From Firmicutes bacterium UBA1393 (GTDB taxonomy: Bacteria > Bacillota > DTU025): DNA of 32,000 nt. A program made the position numbers and the translations under genes. Below, piece after piece: positions 1 to 7,127 of this stretch (its first letter is position 1; the number at the start of each line of letters is the position of its first letter). The DNA lies in NCBI GenBank assembly GCA_002305255.1, contig DBQN01000065.1, positions 2,529 through 34,528 on the forward strand, written 5' to 3'. The notes beneath the pieces were generated by a model that saw only the letters and a list, made by a program, of their open reading frames with translations, had not been told where the DNA came from and made no database searches.

Positions 1-336
1 ATGACACGATCGCACGAGCTTCCAGACGGGCGCGGATCGCCTTGTCACCGGCCACTGCAGCAACTGCGGCAACCGAGACAACTGCGGCATCAGCCTCTTC
101 CACGCCGAGCGCTGCGCCGGGCTCTCTGTCGCCCTCGGCTCCCCGCCCTGCCATCGCCCTACCACTCTGGCCGCGGCCTCAGCGGCCCAAGCCGCGTGGG
201 ATGCAGGCAGCGGACTAGTGAGCACTGCCATGTCGCAGCGGGCTGCGAGGTTCATGTATCTCCAGGCCGCCTCGGGGTCGGCAGCCACGTGAACCGACAC
301 CCGATCAGGCTCGATCAACAAGAAGACATGGAACAT
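1..336 (-). CDS. hypothetical protein, partial (3' end beyond left edge)
   Basis: Open frame from ATG 336-334 to position 1 with no stop (MFHVFLLIEPDRVSVHVAADPEAAWRYMNLAARCD...). GGAGG sits 6 nt upstream of the ATG. Orientation matches all neighbours. No family recognised, and the distal part is Arg/Trp-rich and less protein-like. The listed + ORF 1..408 is its codon-aligned Arg/Pro-rich mirror. Confidence 0.3.
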   Translation of the reverse strand, partial: MFHVFLLIEPDRVSVHVAADPEAAWRYMNLAARCDMAVLTSPLPASHAAWAAEAAARVVGRWQGGEPRATESPAQRSAWKRLMPQLSRLPQLLQWPVTRRSAPVWKLVRSCH

Positions 337-442
337 GGACTGCCTCCATCATGGCGTCGTTGTTGCGATTCGCCAGTTGGCTGCATATCCCTGCCATGTC
401 CGCCATAATCATACTGCTGGCTAGCCCCGGCTAGCTCTTGCC

Positions 443-2620
443 TTAGCCCTTCTCGGTGTCGGCCTCCTGAAGTCGTCGCGCCAGGCGAGTCCGCCTCTGC
501 CCTACCTCGGCTCTGCGGATGGCTATGGCAAGCGCCTTCTTTGTGCCTACCATCACTACCATGCGCTTGGCCCTGGTGACGGCGGTGTAGATGAGGTTCC
601 TCTGAAGCATCACGAAGTGCTGAGTCGAAACCGGAACGACTATCGCCGCGTACTCGCTTCCCTGGCTCTTGTGGACTGACACGCAATACGCCATCACGAG
701 CTCGTCAAGGTCGCCCTGGTCGTAGATCACATCTCTGTCGCCTTCCGGATCACTGAATCTCACTCTGATCTGGCACTCTTCGGGGTCTACCCATACGACT
801 CGACCCACGTCGCCGTTCCACACTCTGCGCTCATAGTTGTTGCGCACCTGCATGACCTTGTCGCCGCGCCGGAACGCTCCACCTCCGCCCCTCAGCTCCG
901 GGGCACCGGCGCGCGGCGGGTTAAGAGCCTCCCGCAACAGCACGTTGAGGTTGTCCACTCCGGTCAGCGACCGTCTCATGGGAGAGAGCACCTGGATGTC
1001 GTCGACCGGATCACACTGGAGCCTGCGAGGCAGTCGCTGAGCTACCATGTTGACCACTGCCGCGGCCGCGCGTTCAGGATCAGGCTCCTCCACGAAGACG
1101 AAGTCCTGCGCTCCGCGGAATTCCGGGAACTCGCCCCTGTTGATCCTGTGCGCGTTGGTCACAATCATGCTGCCCGCAGCCTGCCTGAACACCTCGTCGA
1201 GGTTGACGACAGGCACCACACCGGAGGCGATTATGTCACGTAGTACGTTTCCGGCCCCCACCGAGGGGAGCTGGTCGGCATCGCCCACCAAGAGCAGCCT
1301 GCAGCCCGGCTTTATCGCCTTGAGTAGGTTGTACATGAGGATGATGTCTATCATCGACACCTCATCGACAACCACGGCATCGCATTCCAGCGGGTTAGAC
1401 GGCCCGCGCCCGAAGCGCCAGCCTTCTTCGCCCGGCTCGAACTCAAGTAGCCTGTGGATTGTGCGAGACCGCCTGCCCGTGGCCTCAGCCATCCGCTTGG
1501 CGGCCCTGCCTGTGGGCGCAGCCAGCTGCACTTTCATCTTTCTAGCCTCTAACAAGTCCATGAGCACCCTGAGGGTTGTAGTCTTTCCGGTGCCCGGTCC
1601 GCCCGTCAAGACCATCACGCCTGACACGAAGGCGCGTTCTATCGCCTCGCGCTGAGCCCGCCCGAGCCTGATCCCTGCTGATGCCTGCACGGCATCGAGA
1701 CTCTCGCTGTCTACCTTGTCTAGCTGCCACATCCGTGCGTGCGCCAGCTCTGTGAGGCGAGCGGACACGCCGCGCTCTGCGTGGAAGAATGGAGCCAGGT
1801 ACACTGCATCGTCTTCCACGAACACGTGTCCCTGGCCTTTCAGAGCTTCGATGGCGTCTTCGACGCGCGCGGCGTCCACCTTGAGTTCCTGGGCAACAGC
1901 CGCCACCACATCCGCCCTTGGCTGATAGCAGTGGCCCTCGTCCGCACAGCGGCTCAGCCAGTATTTCACGGCCGATGCCGCACGGTGAGGCGAATCCGGC
2001 GCGATGCCTACCTCGCGCGCGATCTTGTCAGCAGTGCGGAAACCGATGCCCGGCACGTCGTCGGCCAACTGGTAGGGGTTGCGGCTAACGACATCGATGG
2101 ATCTGTCGCCATAGCGGCGGAATATCCTAGCAGCGTAGGCTGGGCTTACTCCATGCGACTGCAGGAACACCATGACCTGCTGCACCGCCCGATGCTCCTC
2201 CACAGCACGCCTGATTCTCTCGGCCTTCTTGGGCCCCACGCCCGCCACACTGAGCAGCGCCTCAGGGCGCTGCTCGATGACGGCCAGCGTATCAAGGCCA
2301 AACGCCTTCACCAAGCTCCTGGCCGTGGCGGGGCCTATGCCCTTGATCAGGCCAGATCCCAGATACTTCTCGATACCGACCAACGTGGCCGGGGCGATGG
2401 TCTCGACCTGCTCCACCTTGAGCTGTTTGCCGTAGGTCTTGTGGCTGACCCATGTGCCATGGATCCTGACGGCCTGTCCCACCACTGCTGTTGGCATGGA
2501 TCCGACAGCAGTGATCTCACGGCCGTCTCTGCAGGTCACCCGCGCGACCGTGTACATCGTGTCATCATTGCGGAACGTCACTCGCTCGATGACGCCTTCC
2601 ACCGTGTCCAGCCTGGCCAC
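443..2620 (-). CDS. recD2: RecD2-type SF1B ATP-dependent DNA helicase
   Basis: N-terminal OB-like segment (VEGVIERVTFRNDDTMYTVARV). HhH motifs (GIGPATARSLVKAFG, VPGIGFRTADKIA). Walker A VLTGGPGTGKTT and Walker B VVVDEVSMID. C-terminal SVHKSQGSEY and YTAVTRAK. The track ORF reaches 2755 and overlaps the metK 3' end. GTG at 2620 (VARLDTVEG...), preceded by GAGGG/AAGGCGAG, gives the usual ~725 aa. Confidence 0.85.
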   Translation of the reverse strand: MARLDTVEGVIERVTFRNDDTMYTVARVTCRDGREITAVGSMPTAVVGQAVRIHGTWVSHKTYGKQLKVEQVETIAPATLVGIEKYLGSGLIKGIGPATARSLVKAFGLDTLAVIEQRPEALLSVAGVGPKKAERIRRAVEEHRAVQQVMVFLQSHGVSPAYAARIFRRYGDRSIDVVSRNPYQLADDVPGIGFRTADKIAREVGIAPDSPHRAASAVKYWLSRCADEGHCYQPRADVVAAVAQELKVDAARVEDAIEALKGQGHVFVEDDAVYLAPFFHAERGVSARLTELAHARMWQLDKVDSESLDAVQASAGIRLGRAQREAIERAFVSGVMVLTGGPGTGKTTTLRVLMDLLEARKMKVQLAAPTGRAAKRMAEATGRRSRTIHRLLEFEPGEEGWRFGRGPSNPLECDAVVVDEVSMIDIILMYNLLKAIKPGCRLLLVGDADQLPSVGAGNVLRDIIASGVVPVVNLDEVFRQAAGSMIVTNAHRINRGEFPEFRGAQDFVFVEEPDPERAAAAVVNMVAQRLPRRLQCDPVDDIQVLSPMRRSLTGVDNLNVLLREALNPPRAGAPELRGGGGAFRRGDKVMQVRNNYERRVWNGDVGRVVWVDPEECQIRVRFSDPEGDRDVIYDQGDLDELVMAYCVSVHKSQGSEYAAIVVPVSTQHFVMLQRNLIYTAVTRAKRMVVMVGTKKALAIAIRRAEVGQRRTRLARRLQEADTEKG

Positions 2621-2709
2621 CTCGCCTTCGCCCTCAACCGCCCTCGACCACCCCGAACCGCCCTCAGCCCTCGTTAGGCGCCTGTCGTACGCCGTTGGGC
2701 GCCTCAGGC

Positions 2710-3903
2710 CTACATGAGCGCCCTGACCCTGTCGGCTGCGTCGAGCCTCTCCCATGGCAGGTCAAGGTCGGGCCGTCCGAAATGACCGTACACCGACACC
2801 TGCTTGTAGATGGGCCTTCTGAGCTGGAACCTGTCGATGATAGCAGCCGGACGTAGGTCAAAGGCCTTGCCCACTATCTCAACGATCCTTGCCTCAGGCA
2901 CTGTGCCTGTGCCGAAGGTGTCAACGGCAATTGCCACCGGGCGCGCCACGCCGATGGCGTATGCCACCTGCACCTCGCACTTCGACGCCACACCGGCGGC
3001 CACCAGGTTCTTGGCCACGTGCCTTGCCGCATAGGCCCCCGAGCGGTCGACCTTGGTCGCATCCTTGCCCGACAACGCCCCTCCTCCATGCCTGCACATG
3101 CCGCCGTATGTATCCACGATCAGCTTGCGGCCTGTCAGGCCTGAATCAGCCGCGGGGCCACCCTTTTCAAACCTGCCGCTCGGATTCACCAGGATGCGCG
3201 GAGGTGCGCCCTTCACGTAGTCTGACACAACGGGCATGATCACGCGCTCGGTGATGTCGGCCGCCATCTGCTCAAGATCGACATTGGGGTCGTGTTGTGC
3301 CGACACAACCACGGTGTTTACGCGCACAGGGCGACCGTCTTCGTACTCTACAGTGACCTGAGTCTTGCCGTCGGGACGAAGGTAACCCAGGGTGCCGTCC
3401 TTTCTTACAGTCGCCATGCGCATGGCCATCCTGTGCGCAAGCGTAATAGGCAACGGCATGAGCTCAGGGGTTTCGGTACTCGCATAGCCGAACACCATCC
3501 CCTGGTCGCCCGCGCCCACCATGTCGTAAGCATCGCACGTCGGCCCGGCGCAACCTTGCCGCACCTCAAGCGACGTGTCGACAGCAGCCTGGATATCTGT
3601 CGACTGGCTGCCTATGGCCGTGATGACGCCGCATGTGTCTCCGTCGAATCCGAACTTGGCTCTGGTATAGCCAATCTCTTTCACGGTGGCCCTGACGATA
3701 TCCGGGATCTCCACATACTCGCAGCACGTGAGTTCACCCATCACCAGCACGAGCCCTGTTGTGGCACACACCTCACACGCCACTCGAGCTTTCGGATCCA
3801 GCTTCAGCAGCTCGTCAAGGATGGCATCGGCTACCTGGTCACAAACCTTGTCGGGATGCCCCTCGGTGACCGACTCTGACGTAAAAAGGCTCTTTGCGCT
3901 CAC
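2710..3903 (-). CDS. metK: S-adenosylmethionine synthetase
   Basis: [59 protein letters not shown]. The track start is ATG 3918. GTG at 3903 has GGAGGG 7 nt upstream and gives the canonical [13 protein letters not shown]-terminus. Confidence 0.95.
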   Translation of the reverse strand: MSAKSLFTSESVTEGHPDKVCDQVADAILDELLKLDPKARVACEVCATTGLVLVMGELTCCEYVEIPDIVRATVKEIGYTRAKFGFDGDTCGVITAIGSQSTDIQAAVDTSLEVRQGCAGPTCDAYDMVGAGDQGMVFGYASTETPELMPLPITLAHRMAMRMATVRKDGTLGYLRPDGKTQVTVEYEDGRPVRVNTVVVSAQHDPNVDLEQMAADITERVIMPVVSDYVKGAPPRILVNPSGRFEKGGPAADSGLTGRKLIVDTYGGMCRHGGGALSGKDATKVDRSGAYAARHVAKNLVAAGVASKCEVQVAYAIGVARPVAIAVDTFGTGTVPEARIVEIVGKAFDLRPAAIIDRFQLRRPIYKQVSVYGHFGRPDLDLPWERLDAADRVRALM

Positions 3904-3974
3904 AAGACCGCCCTCCATCTGTCATATACACTTACCTAATGTTACTACAAAACCATGGCAACCGCACTCGTCGG

Positions 3975-4095
3975 CACATACGCCTCAGCGCAGCGCCCAC
4001 GGCGGTGGCGCCAAGCACCCCGTTGTACAGAAAGGAACGGCGCACATCTGCCGGATAGACAGCATGCGCCAGCCCCTCATCAGCTATTTGAACTA
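3975..4095 (-). promoter_or_regulatory. candidate SAM-responsive riboswitch-like leader upstream of metK (class unresolved)
   Basis: The minus-strand leader contains, in SAM-I-like order: AUGAGGGGCUGGCGC ... GAUGUGCGCC (GGCGCA/UGCGCC stem with an inserted hairpin); a CCGUU...AACGG stem directly followed by GGUGCU; and a GCGCCAC-CGCC-GUGGGCGC hairpin. I could not identify a convincing closing P1 helix or terminator, so this is only a candidate. Confidence 0.3.
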
Positions 4096-4134
4096 GACTG
4101 TGCCCCGCTGACCGGTCTCCTCGCTACTCCCTCG

Positions 4135-5067
4135 CTAGTTCGCGGCGGCCGCCTGCAGTGTGAGACCGAGCACCTTGGCAGACTGCATCACCGAGAGGAA
4201 CAGAGGAGTGCCCGCCTCCAGCTCGAGCTCGGGATTGGGGCTGAGGAAGCCTCCATCCTTGCCTATCACTGCGAACCTGCGGAGGCTGTCACTGGCTGCT
4301 ACCGTAGCCGCCACGTTGGCCGCGATGGCCGCAGTGTCGACTCCCAGGGTCACCGGAACTGAGTCCATGCCCTCGATGGTCGAGATCTCAACATCGACTC
4401 TGGCCTTCACGCCAGTCTTGGTCGGGCGGACGTTGTCGAGTACCCTGCCCATGACCACCGTGCCCTTTGGCACTACCAGGCGTCCTTCAGCCACGACATC
4501 CTCCATCACGACGAGGCGCACAGCATCGCCCGGACGCGACTTAGATGAGCTGAGCCCTGACTCTATTGCCAATTTGACGAGGGCGCCTTTAGGGAGCAAA
4601 GCGTAGTCCACGTTGGGCTTGCCTCCCGGGATCGTCAGGCTCATCAGCACGTCAAGACGCTGGCCTATGGAGCCCGATCCTCCCGTCCCTAGGATCCTGA
4701 GTTCCGCGTCATCGAGGGCAGGCACTATGGGCCTGTCGACGATGCTTCCGAACACGCTCCACTGTACCGCCTTGAGCTTGAACTTGAGGTTCATGCCGCC
4801 GGCGCGGTCACCCTGGACGAAGTTCCAGCACTGCTCCATCCTCTCGGGAAGGGTACCGGTACCTACCTTCCCGAACACAAGACGCTCTATGATCTCAAGC
4901 CTGTTGACTACCGCACCCTCTTGAATCGACCCGAAAAGCACCTGTTCCATGCCTACAAGTCGCTCAATGGGGCTGACCTGAGCGGCAACATTCATGCCGA
5001 GAGACACGAGTACCACGAGAAGGCAGGACAGAGCCGCTGCCGCGATGTGTGGGAATCCCCTGCGCAT
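4135..5067 (-). CDS. exported protein of unknown function
   Basis: ATG 5067 with GGGAGGT 6 nt upstream. Signal peptide MRRGFPHIAAAALSCLLVVLVSLGMNVAAQ. Repeated ERLV-x-G-like helical motif (IERLVGMEQVLFG / IIERLVFGKVG). C-terminal beta-rich segment PGDAVRLVVMEDVVAEGRLVVPKGTVVMGRV. Confidence 0.6.
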   Translation of the reverse strand: MRRGFPHIAAAALSCLLVVLVSLGMNVAAQVSPIERLVGMEQVLFGSIQEGAVVNRLEIIERLVFGKVGTGTLPERMEQCWNFVQGDRAGGMNLKFKLKAVQWSVFGSIVDRPIVPALDDAELRILGTGGSGSIGQRLDVLMSLTIPGGKPNVDYALLPKGALVKLAIESGLSSSKSRPGDAVRLVVMEDVVAEGRLVVPKGTVVMGRVLDNVRPTKTGVKARVDVEISTIEGMDSVPVTLGVDTAAIAANVAATVAASDSLRRFAVIGKDGGFLSPNPELELEAGTPLFLSVMQSAKVLGLTLQAAAAN

Positions 5068-5102
5068 TCAACTACCTCCCAGTGAGCCACGGGCCTTAGG
5101 CC

Positions 5103-6581
5103 TCAGAATCTGATGGTGACCTCGGCCGTAGCAAGGTTCTTTGGCGTTTCGGATGAACCGACTTCCGAGAAATCGATAAGCTTGTAGCCGAGCAAGAGCG
5201 CGGTATCACCCATGAGTTTGTATCCGAAGTCAATTGATGTCACTGTGCGGGTTGCGTCAGCTCCCGACAGGCGGAGGGGTTCGTCGCTGGGCCAGCCGCC
5301 GAGCCCACCCCCGTCGTAGGCGTCGGACTTGGTCCATACCGCCCCGGAGGCGATCAAGTCACGCATGCGCTCGTACCTGTAGCCTGCCTGTAGAAATGCC
5401 GCATCGCCCAACAGGAGTTTGTAATCGATGACCAACGATGCCGTCGTCTGCAGGCTATCCCTCGACGCAGCGGAGCTTGCGCCCCTCTCATACAGCTCGT
5501 AGCCGGCCCTTACCGTCAGGGAGTCACCTGCCACTACGTTGCCGGTGATATCGGGCAGGGAGTATTTCACGTCGACCGACGTGACCGTTTCTTTCACGGC
5601 CTTGCCCGGTTCTGAGGCGGCCTCAGTCACCCTGGTTCCTACCGCGAAGCCGGCTTCATCTCGGTCACCTACGCGGACGCCCACTGCCGCAGACGTCTCA
5701 CGGTTGGACACGGCCTCATCAGTGAAGAAGGCAGCAGACACCTTCAGGATGTCGGCCAGATGCACGTTGGTGGATAGATCGAACCCGCTGCTCTCTGTCT
5801 TCGTAGGGGTCGCGGTCTCCTCGGGCGGGTCAGGCTTTGCCGGCCGTCTCGCCGCCTGGCTCGACAGAGCTACTGCCACGTTGCCTATGGGAGCGGGCAA
5901 CCCCAACTCGAATTGGGGATCAGGCAACGGGGCGGGCGGCTTCACACCCGATGAGAGCTGCGTAAGTATGCGCTCGATATCGCCTACTCCAGCGGCACCG
6001 GGCAACGGTGTCGATGCCGACGCTGCCGCAGTCACAGGCTGCTGTGCGCTGCCGTTTTGAGCGGGTTCCGATGGCACCAACGACAACACCAGGGCCGGCC
6101 CGCCGTTGGCGAGGGCGGCCGTCGACAGATCGAGACGCACCGAGACCGGAGTTCCGAAGCTCTGCCCGAACTCTTGAACCAAACCTGCTAGCAGCGCTGC
6201 CTGGCGCGGCGATACCGAAAGCACGCCGCCGGGGTTGTCATCCAGCCGAAGCGGGCCCTGACCCCCATCACCGTCTTGAGTCATGACCTGAATCACTCTA
6301 GTGACACCCGGGCCACCGATGCGGAGCACTGTGCGCTCGACACTGCTGGTCATCTGCTCGATCGACACGGGGTTGCCTCCGGTGTACAACGTTGCATCGT
6401 CAAGCTCCAACAGACCGCTGAGGCCGAGCTCACGGAGGGCATCGTAGCGCCAGTCGCCGGGATTCACAGGAGCTGACGCGGCGCCGCCTGCGATCACGGC
6501 GCAGGAAACCGATGCAACAACCGCAAGCGCCAAGGCTAACACCACCGCCAGCCCGAACTTGCTGCTGACCTTCGATAACAT
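5103..6581 (-). CDS. OmpM-like outer-membrane beta-barrel protein with degenerate SLH-like N-terminus
   Basis: An internal ATG at 6581 (GGAGGTG 11 nt upstream) gives MLSKVSSKFGLAVVLALALAVVASVSCAVIAGGAASA, a signal peptide. Next come DWRYDALRELGLSGLL (SLH-like), a Pro/Ala-rich linker, and an alternating beta-strand C-terminal half ending AEVTIRF (aromatic terminal residue typical of BAM substrates). The track ORF's first 98 codons overlap the upstream gene and are rejected. ATG 6605 is an alternative start. Confidence 0.6.
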   Translation of the reverse strand: MLSKVSSKFGLAVVLALALAVVASVSCAVIAGGAASAPVNPGDWRYDALRELGLSGLLELDDATLYTGGNPVSIEQMTSSVERTVLRIGGPGVTRVIQVMTQDGDGGQGPLRLDDNPGGVLSVSPRQAALLAGLVQEFGQSFGTPVSVRLDLSTAALANGGPALVLSLVPSEPAQNGSAQQPVTAAASASTPLPGAAGVGDIERILTQLSSGVKPPAPLPDPQFELGLPAPIGNVAVALSSQAARRPAKPDPPEETATPTKTESSGFDLSTNVHLADILKVSAAFFTDEAVSNRETSAAVGVRVGDRDEAGFAVGTRVTEAASEPGKAVKETVTSVDVKYSLPDITGNVVAGDSLTVRAGYELYERGASSAASRDSLQTTASLVIDYKLLLGDAAFLQAGYRYERMRDLIASGAVWTKSDAYDGGGLGGWPSDEPLRLSGADATRTVTSIDFGYKLMGDTALLLGYKLIDFSEVGSSETPKNLATAEVTIRF

Positions 6582-6642
6582 TCGGCGTCCGTCACCTCCG
6601 TTCATCGATTTATGTACCCAGCTATATTCTCCGCATGATGCC

Positions 6643-7056
6643 CTATTCCTGCCCGCCGCGCCGTTGAGCGAAGTACCGAGTGGCCAAAACCTCGGCAACG
6701 TAGTCATCGAAAGGCCGGTCAGGGCTGCGGAGACCGGGAGGAAGGAACCGCGCAATGCCCCTTCCGGGGTTCTCCCTGAGATACCGTTCCCTTCCCTCCA
6801 TGGAAGAGCGATGCTCGTCCACCGTGACCACCGGAACACTGGTGACTTCTCTGAGGCGGCATAGGGTGTCGACACAGGCAGTCCTGTCGCCCACGACTAT
6901 CGTAGTTACCGCGTGTGTCGACATGATGCGGCGTGCGGAGTCGGCAAGCGCAGCAGCAGGCTCAACGCGTCGCGCCAGGAGCCCCCGTGTTGAGCTGACA
7001 ACCGCCATGCCCACCTTGTCCCTTCCGGGGTCGATCGCGAGAACGATCTCTTCTAT
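6643..7056 (-). CDS. YqgF/RuvX-like RNase H-fold nuclease (putative pre-16S rRNA nuclease / resolvase-like)
   Basis: EIVLAIDPGRDKVGMAVV N-terminal strand, TTIVVGDRT, VVTVDEHRSSMEGRERYL and FDDYVAEVLATRYF match the YqgF pattern (G-x-D-x-G...DE...D-x-x-AA-x-x-IL). The first canonical start (GTG 7014) would delete the AIDPG strand. The frame opens after TGA 7065-7063, and GGGGAG (7071-7066) sits 9 nt before ATA 7056. Confidence 0.5.
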   Translation of the reverse strand: MEEIVLAIDPGRDKVGMAVVSSTRGLLARRVEPAAALADSARRIMSTHAVTTIVVGDRTACVDTLCRLREVTSVPVVTVDEHRSSMEGRERYLRENPGRGIARFLPPGLRSPDRPFDDYVAEVLATRYFAQRRGGQE

Positions 7057-7081
7057 CGTTGATCACTCCCCAGTGATGCAA

Positions 7082-7113
7082 ATGCCCCGGAGAGCCGTGG
7101 CTCTCCGGGGCAT
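7082..7113 (-). terminator. strong GC-rich hairpin 3' of the OmpM-like gene (terminator or 3' stabiliser)
   Basis: Perfect inverted repeat ATGCCCCGGAGAGCC / GGCTCTCCGGGGCAT (15 nt arms, 2 nt centre), 15 nt downstream of the TAG at 7128-7130. On the minus-strand RNA it is followed by only a short U run (CAUUUGCAUC). Confidence 0.55.
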
Positions 7114-7127
7114 CGTGAGTCCACCGG

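Noticed and set aside
302-409. 35-codon minus-strand ORF MIMADMAGICSQLANRNNDAMMEAVHVPCLLVDRA between recD2 and the partial ORF
   Set aside because: It has no SD, overlaps the better-supported ATG 336 start, and shows no recognisable family. It is too short to support.
418-436. Inverted repeat GCTAGCC-GG-GGCTAGC just downstream of the recD2 stop, as a terminator
   Set aside because: The stem is short (5-6 bp effective), with no following U tract, and the next ORF starts ~80 nt later on the same strand. This is not enough to call a terminator.
3919-4134. Assigning the metK leader to a specific riboswitch class (SAM-I vs SAM-IV vs SAM-I/IV)
   Set aside because: Only partial block similarity was found, with no identifiable P1 helix or expression platform. 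The class cannot be decided without a covariance-model scan, so it is reported only as a low-confidence candidate.
6582-6875. N-terminal 98-codon extension of the 590-aa track ORF (MSTPYAASEK...)
   Set aside because: It overlaps the YqgF-like gene in another frame, has no protein-like features, and precedes an internal start with an SD and a textbook signal peptide. Similar upstream extensions were trimmed at 2621-2755 (recD2), 3904-3918 (metK), 12684-12698, 14890-14919, 15702-15857, 17996-18052, 25195-25275, 27222-27296 and 30168-30230.
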